DNA of 64,000 nucleotides from an uncultured Desulfarculaceae bacterium (GTDB taxonomy: Bacteria; Desulfobacterota; Desulfocorpusculales; Desulfocorpusculum). Of this stretch, positions 29,952 to 38,508 are shown one piece after another; positions within the stretch are counted from its first letter, which is position 1, and every line of letters begins with the position of its first letter. The notes beneath the pieces were generated by a model. The model was not told the DNA's origin. It saw only the letters and a list, made by a program, of their open reading frames with translations, and made no database searches. The stretch lies in contig CAZEPJ010000003.1 of the NCBI GenBank assembly GCA_964514105.1, positions 41,736-105,735 on the forward strand, given 5' to 3'. Both the position numbers and the translations under genes were made by a program.

Positions 29952-30589
29952 GCCGGCGGGCCGTTGCCAATAGGTGGGGCGATTCCCCCAGGCTGGGCCT
30001 AGCACCCACGATCCACCCCACCGCCAAGGTCCGCCAGAGCCGGCTCGGAGAATGGACCTATGTGGATGCCCACGTGGAGGTCGTGGAATCGTGCCTGGGA
30101 GACTACAGCTATGTCATGGAACACAGCTCCATGATCTATACCGAGGTCGGCAAGTTCTGCTCCATCGCCGCTTTCGCCCGAATCAATCCCGGCAACCACC
30201 CCACCTGGCGGCCCACGTCCCATCATATGACGTACCGCTGCCGCATGTACGGCCTGTGCGACCAGGATGAGGAGGACTTTTTCCAGTGGCGCCGGGAACA
30301 CCCCGTGGTTGTGGGACACGACGTGTGGATCGGCCACGGCGCCGTCATCCTGCCGGGGGTGCACATCGGGAACGGGGCCGTCATCGGTGCGGGAAGCGTG
30401 CTCACCCGAGATGTGGCGCCATACGCGGTGGCGGTCGGGGTCCCGGCCCGTCCCATCAAGAAGCGGTTTCCCGCCGCCGTCGCCGAGCGCATCCAGGCCA
30501 TGGCCTGGTGGGATTGGCCCCGGGAGACCATCGAGAAGCGCCTCCCCGATTTCCGAGACCTCGAGCTGTTCCTGGAGAAATACGGCTGA
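29948..30589 (+). CDS. Hexapeptide-repeat transferase (chloramphenicol-acetyltransferase-like) of the phosphonate-metabolism type
   Basis: Left-handed beta-helix hexapeptide repeats (VVVGHDVWIGHGAVILPGVHIGNGAVIGAGSVLTRDV). GTG start overlapping the preceding stop (GTGA). It is the last gene of the phn cluster. Confidence 0.75.
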   Translation: MSRRAVANRWGDSPRLGLAPTIHPTAKVRQSRLGEWTYVDAHVEVVESCLGDYSYVMEHSSMIYTEVGKFCSIAAFARINPGNHPTWRPTSHHMTYRCRMYGLCDQDEEDFFQWRREHPVVVGHDVWIGHGAVILPGVHIGNGAVIGAGSVLTRDVAPYAVAVGVPARPIKKRFPAAVAERIQAMAWWDWPRETIEKRLPDFRDLELFLEKYG

Positions 30590-30701
30590 CTCCGCCTGCC
30601 GCGACGCCGACTTCGACACGGCATGCCCTCGTGCAGCGCCCCGCCCCGAGACAGGAAGGGGGAAGCGCTCGCGGACCCCAAATCACCGTTTCCCCCGGGA
30701 A

Positions 30702-31967
30702 TCAGGCCGACGCCATGGGCCACGGTCTTACCCCTTTGTGCGGGATGGAGGGCCCGCCCCGGGGCCTCGATGGAACGAGAGTCGACCCGCTCAAGATGCG
30801 GCAGCGGTGGCCCCGCCAGGTCACGGAGCTGCTCAGGAACGGGACGAACCAGAGGATGCCGATGATCAGGTCTTTGAGCGGGGCCAAGGTGTAATGCCAT
30901 CCCTTGGCCTGGGCCCGGATCGTCCGGCCCAGATACGCGTCGCCCAAGACCTTGAGGAGGCTCGCGGCCCCGGCCAGCGAAAGGGTCGGAACGCTGGGGC
31001 CCAGGAGGAGTACGGGGAGCCACGCGAGGAACACGGGGTTGCCTAGGAGCTCGGAGAGGTACCGGGGGCCGCCGATCTTCCAGCGTATCTTGCCCCAGCG
31101 GGTGTGTCGATTGAAAAACCGCCGCAGGTCCCAATGCTCGTTGACGTTGTCGATCATGTGGGGTGACAGCACGATGCGCCTGCCCTGCTCGTGAAGACGC
31201 CTTCCCAGGACGTAGTCCTCCGCCAGCACGTCCTTGACCGCCTCCAGCCCGCCCAGCGCCTCCAAGTCACCACGGGTCATGAGCATGGACTTCCCGACAA
31301 CGCAGGGCATATTGAGGAACCGATCCAGGAAGCAGACGCTCCCCATGACAAAGGAGTTGAGGTGGAGGTTCTCCAGATGGGACCCGAGGCTGCGCCCGTG
31401 GACGCCGCGGATGATGTTGCAAACCAGCCCCACCTTGGGGTCTGCCATGTGGCCAACGATCTCCCGCAGGTACGACGGCTCGACGGCTACGTTGCTGTCG
31501 CTGATGAGGATATGCTCGTATTGGGCCGCGCGGTAGGCGGGGATCAGGTTATTGACCTTGGGATTGAGGCCGGCTTCGCATCGCGCCACAACGATGGAGA
31601 TCCGGCGCTCGGGGTGGCGTGCCATGACCATCCGGGCCACCTTGTGGGCCGGATCGTTGGCGTCCTGCAGGGAAAAGATGAGTTCGTACTGTGGGTACTC
31701 CAGCAGGCAAAAGCTCTCCAGGTTGTCGAAGAGGCGGTCGTCCAACCCCTTGAGCGGCTTGAGGATGGAGACGGGCGGGGCATGGCCCGTCCTGCCTTCC
31801 CCATCCTTGATGTCGGCGGGCCCCCCGTACAAGGCCTCAGGCCCCCCCGGGGGCCATGGATTCTTCCGCCCACCCCGTTGGACGGTGGCCCGGACGGCAA
31901 GGAGTTGAAGGCCGTACGTGACCATCCCCAGGACCGCCACCGCTGCCAAGACCCAGAATGCTTCCAT
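30702..31967 (-). CDS. Family-2 glycosyltransferase of the ceramide-glucosyltransferase/HpnI type (Glyco_transf_21-like)
   Basis: Starts MEAFWVLAAVAVLGMV (TM helix), with a GGAGG RBS. Carries DxD-type motifs (ISDSNV, LAEDYVL) and a QxxRW-like NRHTRWGK, with a C-terminal membrane region. Confidence 0.8.
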   Translation of the reverse strand: MEAFWVLAAVAVLGMVTYGLQLLAVRATVQRGGRKNPWPPGGPEALYGGPADIKDGEGRTGHAPPVSILKPLKGLDDRLFDNLESFCLLEYPQYELIFSLQDANDPAHKVARMVMARHPERRISIVVARCEAGLNPKVNNLIPAYRAAQYEHILISDSNVAVEPSYLREIVGHMADPKVGLVCNIIRGVHGRSLGSHLENLHLNSFVMGSVCFLDRFLNMPCVVGKSMLMTRGDLEALGGLEAVKDVLAEDYVLGRRLHEQGRRIVLSPHMIDNVNEHWDLRRFFNRHTRWGKIRWKIGGPRYLSELLGNPVFLAWLPVLLLGPSVPTLSLAGAASLLKVLGDAYLGRTIRAQAKGWHYTLAPLKDLIIGILWFVPFLSSSVTWRGHRCRILSGSTLVPSRPRGGPSIPHKGVRPWPMASA

Positions 31968-31987
31968 GTCCCTCCTACCTCCTCCCT

Positions 31988-32698
31988 TCAGCCAGACCGC
32001 GAAGCCTCGTCTCTGAATAGGGTGATGGCCACCCCGTGGTTGCGTCGGATGCACTCCTTGATCGCCGTCACCTCCTTGTCGCAATTGAGGAGGGTCTTCC
32101 ACGAGTAGAGGTGGCGGGGCTTGTGGAAGTCGCTGTTGGCGACGTAGGGGTACTTCTTGAGGCTGATGGCGTTGAACACGTCGTCCCGATTGGCGATCTC
32201 CCAGGCGTCGATGAACGGGGCATACCGCTCCCGGTTTCGCCAGAGAAACAGCGTGTCCTTGGCCGTGGCGTCCGACTGGTGGTGGGGATGGCAGGCCACG
32301 ACCAGGGCGTCCTGGCGCCGGGCTTCCTCGAAGATCCGCTCGTAATCCAAGGAGGCCGAGACGAACGCCCGGACGTCCAGCAGGAGGAGATGGGCGGACC
32401 TCTCCGAGGAGAGGTAGTTCTTGCTGATCTCCAAGCCCGGGATGACGAGCATCTCGTATCGCTCCCATGCCCGCCGCGCCTCGGCCTGCACGCCTTGCAG
32501 ATACTGGGGGAAATTCTCCCTGGTCACGCTGAGGTGGAGGAACCTTCCCAGCTTTCCGATGGCGTTGTCGCCGTTGACCACATGGTCAGTGATGGCGATG
32601 ACGTCGAAACCAGCCTGTCCGAACAGGTCCACGGCGTATCTCATCTCCACGGCGCCGTCCGAGAAGGTGGTGTGGATGTGGAAGTCGCACAGAAGCAT
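31988..32698 (-). CDS. PHP-domain metal-dependent phosphoesterase
   Basis: MLLCDFHIHTTFSDG... followed by further His/Asp metal-ligand blocks (ITDHV, ACHPHH). About 236 aa. An upstream TTG (32728) is an alternative start. Confidence 0.75.
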   Translation of the reverse strand: MLLCDFHIHTTFSDGAVEMRYAVDLFGQAGFDVIAITDHVVNGDNAIGKLGRFLHLSVTRENFPQYLQGVQAEARRAWERYEMLVIPGLEISKNYLSSERSAHLLLLDVRAFVSASLDYERIFEEARRQDALVVACHPHHQSDATAKDTLFLWRNRERYAPFIDAWEIANRDDVFNAISLKKYPYVANSDFHKPRHLYSWKTLLNCDKEVTAIKECIRRNHGVAITLFRDEASRSG

Positions 32699-32804
32699 GT
32701 TGAAAGATATAGGCAGTCCCTGTGACAATGCCGTGACGGGGAGGCAATTGTGGCGTTACATCCGAGGGATGAAACTGTTTTCCTTCAACACGATGTGAAC
32801 GGTG

Positions 32805-34103
32805 TCAGGACAACTTGCTGCGGCAGTTGAAGATCGACGTGCGGTCTCTGATGAGGTCAGCGTAGTAAGTCGCGGCAGGTGTCGGCTCCCGCTGGAGGGT
32901 GTCGAAGTCCACCCGGTACAGGCCGAATCGGGCATCCAAGCCGCGCAGCCACTCGTAATTGTCCATGAGGGACCAGTAGAAGTACCCGCGGATGTCCATG
33001 CCGCCCCTCAAGCATTTCTCCACCACATCGATGTGGCGCTTCATGAAGGCGCTCTTCCTGCGGCTGTCACGGGTGGCGATGCCGTTCTCCGTGATGATGA
33101 TCGGGACCCCGAGCCGGGAGGCATACCGAAGGACCTTTTCCAGGCCGTGGGGGTGGATCTCCCAGCCCATGTCGGTGAGGCCCAGGCCCTCGAGGTCCCG
33201 GTGGCGCAGCTCCACCCCCAACCGCCGAAACGGATTGAACCGCAGGTGTAACCGGGTATAGTAGTTCACGCCCAAGAAATCCAGGCGACCCTTGACCGGG
33301 ACGTCCATCCGCATCGGCCTGCGCAGCGGGTACTGAATCACCAACTCCCCCGTGGCGAAGGCGTCCAGGAGGGAGTGATTGTAGAAGTGCTTGGCCACCC
33401 GGCAGAGGCTGACGTCCAGGGGGTTCCATCGACTCCACGGGGCGATTGCCGCCATGTTATGGGCCACACTGACCTGAGCATGGGGGCAGCGGGCGTGGAT
33501 CAGTTCGTACGCCATGCCGTGACAGATGAGGATGTTCCTCAGGGCCCTCACCGCCAGGTCCAGGTCCCGGATCCCCGGGGGCATGCAGCCCTCCAGATAG
33601 CCGCCGAGGAGCAGCACATACGGCTCGTTGAAGGTGATCCAGTAGCGAACCCCGGGCATGGTCGACAAGACCCGGTTCACGTACTCCAGGAATACGGGGA
33701 TGCACCCGTCCTCGTGCCAGGGATGTCGCTCCAGGAACCAGATGGGGTGGGTGAAATGGTGAATGGTCACCATGGGCTCCACGTCTAGGTCCCTGAGGAT
33801 CTGGATGATCTCCCCGTAGTGGTCCAGGGCCTCCTGGTCCCACGCCCCCGGGGTGGGTTGGATCCGGCTCCACTCGGTGGAGAACCGATAAGCGTTGACC
33901 CCCAGCTCCTTGAGGAGCTTCAGATCGTCCCGGAACAGCTTGTAGTGGTGCGCGATTTCCGGCCTGGCCCGAAGGGCGCAGTCCCAGTTGGTCCAGTCCG
34001 CGCAAGGGGCGCCCTCCAACTGGAAGGCGGATGTGGCCACCCCCCAAAGAAAACTGCCTCCCGTCGTGTCCTTCCCTTCCACACTCTCCTCCATGGGGGG
34101 CAA
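32805..34103 (-). CDS. GH1-family beta-glucosidase
   Basis: 432 aa with the acid/base Glu block TFNEP and the nucleophile Glu block ITENG, plus the typical N-terminal FLWGVATSAFQLEG. Confidence 0.9.
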   Translation of the reverse strand: MPPMEESVEGKDTTGGSFLWGVATSAFQLEGAPCADWTNWDCALRARPEIAHHYKLFRDDLKLLKELGVNAYRFSTEWSRIQPTPGAWDQEALDHYGEIIQILRDLDVEPMVTIHHFTHPIWFLERHPWHEDGCIPVFLEYVNRVLSTMPGVRYWITFNEPYVLLLGGYLEGCMPPGIRDLDLAVRALRNILICHGMAYELIHARCPHAQVSVAHNMAAIAPWSRWNPLDVSLCRVAKHFYNHSLLDAFATGELVIQYPLRRPMRMDVPVKGRLDFLGVNYYTRLHLRFNPFRRLGVELRHRDLEGLGLTDMGWEIHPHGLEKVLRYASRLGVPIIITENGIATRDSRRKSAFMKRHIDVVEKCLRGGMDIRGYFYWSLMDNYEWLRGLDARFGLYRVDFDTLQREPTPAATYYADLIRDRTSIFNCRSKLS

Positions 34104-34351
34104 GCGCCCCGTGCGTACCCCCCCCGCAATTCAAGGATGCTAAGGCCAGGCTCCAACCCTGTCAACAGGGGAGGTGCGCGGGAAAGAGGCCGGACGGATG
34201 TCGGAGGACCCGGTGGCCGAAACGCCGGGTTTTCGTCACGGTCCCGTCACCTTGGGGTGGCACGATGGGCGTAAGCAAGTGGCAGCCCGGGGCCGTCAGA
34301 AGGACCAAGGCCCCCAGACACCCAAGACGAGGGGAAAGGAGGTGAGCGACC

Positions 34352-34537
34352 ATGCAGACTGTTCATCACGACCGAAGCGGCGACCTGAGGCGGCTTCACG
34401 CCCGGCGGGATCGTCTGACCCGGCTGATCCTTCAACGGCGCCCCGAGCGCCCCGTTGAGGCGCGTCTTCGCCGTATGCTCGATGCGCTGGACATGGCCAT
34501 CGAAGACGCCGCCCGCGCGGCGTACCGGCTCGACTGA
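34352..34537 (+). CDS. Small hypothetical protein (61 aa, Arg/Leu-rich helical)
   Basis: Excellent RBS (GGAAAGGAGGTGAGCGACC before the ATG) but no recognisable family. Confidence 0.35.
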   Translation: MQTVHHDRSGDLRRLHARRDRLTRLILQRRPERPVEARLRRMLDALDMAIEDAARAAYRLD

Positions 34538-34621
34538 GCCTCCGCAAGGCGCCCCGGCAAAGGACCCCGACTCTGCCCCGGCAGCGGTCCGGGGCCATGA
34601 AGGGCGCGTCGAGAAAAGGGC

Positions 34622-34939
34622 ATGGAAACCTTACCCCCGATTCACCCCCCAAGCCAGTTTCTGATGCACAGTCTCGGTGAAGCGCGCCGCTACGGCATCG
34701 AGAAGCTCCACCAGGACGAGATCGTGGGCATCCTCGATGTCTTCCGGTTCGCCTCAGATGACCCCCTCTATCTCCAGAGCGGGATCGAGGTCAACGGAAA
34801 GATCCTCCCGCTCCTGGACCTTCGCTCCGCAGAGGGAGCCCTCTCCTACGACGAACGGGCCTGCATCATCCTCCTTGCGTCAACCCACGGTGAACCCGCC
34901 GGCATCGTCGGCCTGGTGGTTCAGACCATCGACGCCTGA
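34622..34939 (+). pseudogene. Truncated CheW-like chemotaxis coupling protein, about 105 of the expected 160 aa, probably a gene remnant
   Basis: QFLMHSLGEARRYGIEKLHQDEIVGILDV...EVNGKILPLLDLRS...ACIILLASTHGEPAGIVGLVVQTIDA aligns with the N-terminal two-thirds of E. coli CheW. It then hits a stop, and the downstream sequence shows no CheW continuation in any frame. No other che genes lie nearby. Confidence 0.4.
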
Positions 34940-35162
34940 TCCTGGGACCTACCAAATCATCACCCTTTGACCCGTACTCCCATCCAGAACGCGTGACGGA
35001 GGCGTCTCGGTCCGGATGAATCTGCGTGGGACAAGGGGGATCAGGCCGGGCCCGCGGCAAAAAGTGGCCCAGCGTGGGGCATCCGCGGCAGTGGTCCGGC
35101 CGCGGCCTGCCACGCGCGCGGGGGGGGGGAGATTTGTGCAACTCAAGACCGCTGCCAACTGC

Positions 35163-36051
35163 TCAGATCTCCCCTTCGAGGATCTCCTCCGCCGCGTTGA
35201 TGACCAAGTTGTCGAAGGTCACGGTGATGGATGCCCTCGTCCTGACGGCGGTCGTCTTGGGCGTGAAATTGCGCACCAGGAACGCCAATCGGAACCGATC
35301 CTCGACAAGTCGGTGGGTATCCAACTCCGTCCATTGGGACCCTCCCGCCTTCCTGTAGAGCCCTGTCACCCTAGGGCCGGCCTTGATCAGGCGAAGGGAC
35401 CCGTCGAAATCCGTGATCGTGACGGGTTGGGATGCACTGCGACTCCCCTGTGACGCAGCGATGAACGAGATGGCGGCGTCGGGGCTCCGGGCCAATCTGG
35501 CCAATTGGATCGCGGCATGGGGGATCTCTCGTTGCTCCTGCCTTTGCCGCCGACCATGAAAAGAACGATCTGGTTCATGTCCTGCACGCCCCCGTTGGGC
35601 AGGTCCTGCGTCTGCCCGTGGCCCTCCAAGAAGATGACCACCCGGTCCTCCGCGCCACCTCCCAGGGAAACTCGAAGCCCAGCAGCGTCAGGATCCGCCT
35701 CTGGGTGGCCTCCCTGTCCAGCAGGGTGATGACCTCGTGAAAACCCGACGCCTCCAGCCGTCTCTGGATGGCCTTGGCGAAGCAATCCGCGGCCCGGTCG
35801 GACTCTCCCTTGTTGCGGTGCCAGTTGCCCGCTCGTTCGTGCGGCCGGATGAACCCCGGGCACGGATCCATGGCCTGGGACAAGAGCCGGACGGTTTCCT
35901 GTTCCCTTTGGAGGACCTTCCCCAAGGAGAACCGGGACTGGGCCCGCTCACGGTCCGTGGCCCCCAGGGCCCCGGATGTGCCCAACAACGGGAGCAGCGC
36001 CATGAGGATCCTCCACAGTCCTTCGACCGTGGCCTTGATGATGCCTCCCAT
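35163..36051 (-). pseudogene. Secreted caspase-like (peptidase C14) gene disrupted by at least two frameshifts
   Basis: Three consecutive minus-strand frames carry successive caspase segments. The first runs from about 36051 down to 35650: an AAGGGGGT RBS, signal peptide MGGIIKATVEGLWRILMALLPLLGTSGALGA, then NWHRNKGESDRAADCFAKAIQRRLEASGFHEVITLLDREATQRRILTLLGFEF. The second (35640-35505) reads AEDRVVIFLEGHGQTQDLPNGGVQDMNQIVLFMVGGKG. The third (35504-35163) reads ...LARSPDAAISFIAASQGS... through to the stop. The catalytic Cys appears lost. GC is lower than in surrounding DNA. Confidence 0.4.
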
Positions 36052-36100
36052 GACCCTACCCCCTTGGAACCCATCAGAGACACGCAGCGACCACGCGCGA

Positions 36101-36283
36101 CTATGGGAGATAGATCCTGCTCTCGGGCTCCAGGGCCCCTTCGAGGCCCACCTCGCTGCCCCGCGCGTCCCGGGGGCGGTGGAGGTCGTCCACCCGGTCC
36201 AGAAGGCCGGCCCCGAGCAACGCATGTCTGACGGTCATCCCCGGCAGGATTTCCACAGGCCTGTCGTTGACGTAGACCGTCAT
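36101..36283 (-). CDS. Small hypothetical protein (60 aa) encoded 2 nt downstream of the 5'-nucleotidase gene
   Basis: MTVYVNDRPVEILPGMTVRHALLGAGLLDRVDDLHRPRDARGSEVGLEGALEPESRIYLP. Its ATG sits in TGACCATG directly after the upstream stop. Faint ThiS/MoaD-like character only. Confidence 0.3.
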   Translation of the reverse strand: MTVYVNDRPVEILPGMTVRHALLGAGLLDRVDDLHRPRDARGSEVGLEGALEPESRIYLP

Positions 36284-36285
36284 GG

Positions 36286-37824
36286 TCAGGGGACCTCCGT
36301 GATCCGTCCTTCGACGCGGGGGCTCAGGCGCCCCATCTCCCGCATCCGCTCGATGACCACGTCCCTCAACCACCGCCCGGCATCGTTGTACACGAGCCGC
36401 TCCCCCTGCATGGCCCCCCCGACCACCGCGTAGTCCCTGGATGCGGCCATGGCTTCTCCGAAGGCCCTGTACCCGTCCCCCCCGGCGGCCAGGAAGTCGT
36501 TGGTGGCCACCGTGTACTCTCGCTGCAGATCAAGAGGTCGGCCCCCCACCAGGACCTCCCGCACACGCTGGCCGCGGGGGGCGGACCGGCTGAACGTGAA
36601 GGCCAGGCCCGACACCTGGGGAAACCGGCCCGCCCCCTCCTGCACGCCCGAGACCCCGTGCTCCAGAGCGGCCCGGATCTGCCGGCCCGTGAGCCGGAAC
36701 GCCACAATATAGTTGTCGAATGGGAGGGCCGCGTACACGTGTTTCGCCGACACATCCCCCTGCCGGATGCTCGTCCGGATCCCGCCCCCGTTGATAATCG
36801 TCGCATCCGCCCCCGAGACCGTCCGCATGATGTCGGCCACCAGGTTGCCGAAATTGGTCTCCCGCTCCCGCACCCGTTCCCCGTCCAGGTCCACCAGGGC
36901 CTGGGCCACGGGCTGGCTCAAGGCTGCGTCCACCCGGCCGGTGAAGCCCGCGACCAATGCCTGAATGGACGGATCGGCCGGGGCAAGCCCCGGTTTGATC
37001 GCCTCCAGGCGGCCCTCGTGGCGCACCACGCGCCCGTTCTCCACGGTCAGATCCAAGACCCCCAGGGCCTTGCCGTGCTCCCAGGCCTGGACGATGAGGG
37101 TGCGGCCCACCGCCACGGGATGCTCCAGCCGCGTGTGGGAATGCCCGCCGACGATGACGTCCACTCCGGGGACCGCCGCCGCCAGCACCCGGTCCGCCTG
37201 GTAGCCGCAGTGAGACAGGACCACCACCAGGTCCGCCTGGTCCCTCAATGCCCGGACCTGCCACCGGAGGGCCTCCAGCGCCGGTCGGAAGGTCAACCCC
37301 GCAACGTTCCTGGGATGGGTGGCCACGGGGGTGTCCTGGGTCACCACGCCCACCACAGCCACCCGCGCCCCCTGCACCTCCCAGATCACATACGGCCGCA
37401 GCCCCCCTACCCCATCGACGTTGGCCCCCAGGACCGGGAAGCGCGCCTGGGCGATCCGCCGGCGCAGGGCCTCCCGGCCGAAGTCGAACTCGTGATTGCC
37501 CACGACCATGGCGTCGAACCCCATGGCGTTCATGAGCGCCACCACCGATTCGCCCTGGAAGAGGTTGGCCCAGTTGTGTCCCTGGATCATGTCCCCGGCC
37601 GCCAGGAGAAGCGACGCCTTCTCCAGACGCAGGGCATGGGCCCGGGCGGCCAGGAACGCCGCCCCTCCAACCGTCTCCTCGGCCCCCAACGGCTGGTGGG
37701 GTTCGGCGAATCCGTGGAAGTCGTTGACATGCAGGATCCGGATCTCCACCGGCCCCGCCGGGGCCGACCCGGCCAGGACCAGGGCGAGGAGCAACCCCGC
37801 GATGCACGAAACCATGCGCCTCAT
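36286..37824 (-). CDS. Bifunctional metallophosphatase/5'-nucleotidase (UshA family), secreted
   Basis: GGAGAGGG RBS and signal peptide MRRMVSCIAGLLLALVLAGSAPAG. The calcineurin-like metallophosphatase blocks (ILHVNDFHG, GDMIQGH, GNHEFD, GGHSH) are followed by a 5'-nucleotidase C-terminal domain. Confidence 0.85.
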   Translation of the reverse strand: MRRMVSCIAGLLLALVLAGSAPAGPVEIRILHVNDFHGFAEPHQPLGAEETVGGAAFLAARAHALRLEKASLLLAAGDMIQGHNWANLFQGESVVALMNAMGFDAMVVGNHEFDFGREALRRRIAQARFPVLGANVDGVGGLRPYVIWEVQGARVAVVGVVTQDTPVATHPRNVAGLTFRPALEALRWQVRALRDQADLVVVLSHCGYQADRVLAAAVPGVDVIVGGHSHTRLEHPVAVGRTLIVQAWEHGKALGVLDLTVENGRVVRHEGRLEAIKPGLAPADPSIQALVAGFTGRVDAALSQPVAQALVDLDGERVRERETNFGNLVADIMRTVSGADATIINGGGIRTSIRQGDVSAKHVYAALPFDNYIVAFRLTGRQIRAALEHGVSGVQEGAGRFPQVSGLAFTFSRSAPRGQRVREVLVGGRPLDLQREYTVATNDFLAAGGDGYRAFGEAMAASRDYAVVGGAMQGERLVYNDAGRWLRDVVIERMREMGRLSPRVEGRITEVP

Positions 37825-37956
37825 GCCGCCCCCGTTTCCCTCTCCCCACCCCCTGAACGGTCGACCGTCAGGCGGCCGGCAGAGATCGGCCCTTTCTTGA
37901 CACCTGCCCACTATAGCAAGTATCTTCCAGCACGGAAAGGAACGAGGAGCTGACCC

Positions 37957-38448
37957 ATGAATGCCAAGGACCGTGCGGTCGTCATCCGTGAAGCCACGGA
38001 GGAGGACCTTCCACAAATCCTGGCCCTGTACGCCCAGCCCGGCGTGGACGACGGCCGTGTCCTGTCCCTGGGGGAGGCGAGGCGCATCCGGGCCCGCATG
38101 GGACAATACCCCGACTACCGGCTCTACGCGGCGGTGTTGGATGAACGGGTCGTAGGGACCTTCGCCCTCCTCATCATGGACAACCTGGCACACCTCGGCG
38201 CCCCATCAGCCATCCTGGAGGACGTCATGGTCCACCCGGACAGCCAGGGCCGGGGCATCGGCCGGGCCATGGTCCGGTACGCCATGGCGCGGAGCCGCGA
38301 GGCCGGCTGTTATAAGCTCCTGCTCTCCAGCAACCTCAAGCGGGAGCGGGCCCATGGCTTTTACGAGAAATTGGGCTTCCGCAAGCACGGCTTCTCCTTC
38401 GCAGTGGATTTCCCCGTGGGCGCCTCCAAGGGGGGAAGATCCGGTTGA
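37957..38448 (+). CDS. GNAT-family N-acetyltransferase
   Basis: 163 aa with the GNAT acetyl-CoA-binding motif (HPDSQGRGIGRAMVRYA) and the C-terminal HGFYEKLGF. Confidence 0.85.
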   Translation: MNAKDRAVVIREATEEDLPQILALYAQPGVDDGRVLSLGEARRIRARMGQYPDYRLYAAVLDERVVGTFALLIMDNLAHLGAPSAILEDVMVHPDSQGRGIGRAMVRYAMARSREAGCYKLLLSSNLKRERAHGFYEKLGFRKHGFSFAVDFPVGASKGGRSG

Positions 38449-38508
38449 AAGGGATCGAGCTGCGCCCCGCAAGCCATTCCTTTTTCGCGGCGGGCAGCCG
38501 GGTGCCCC

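Noticed and set aside
34352-34537. Considered calling the 61-aa ORF a DUF465 (YdcH-like) protein
   Set aside because: It lacks the characteristic H-x-x-LD-x-x-I and KL-x-LKDEI motifs of DUF465. Only the strong RBS supports it, so it is kept as an unassigned hypothetical.
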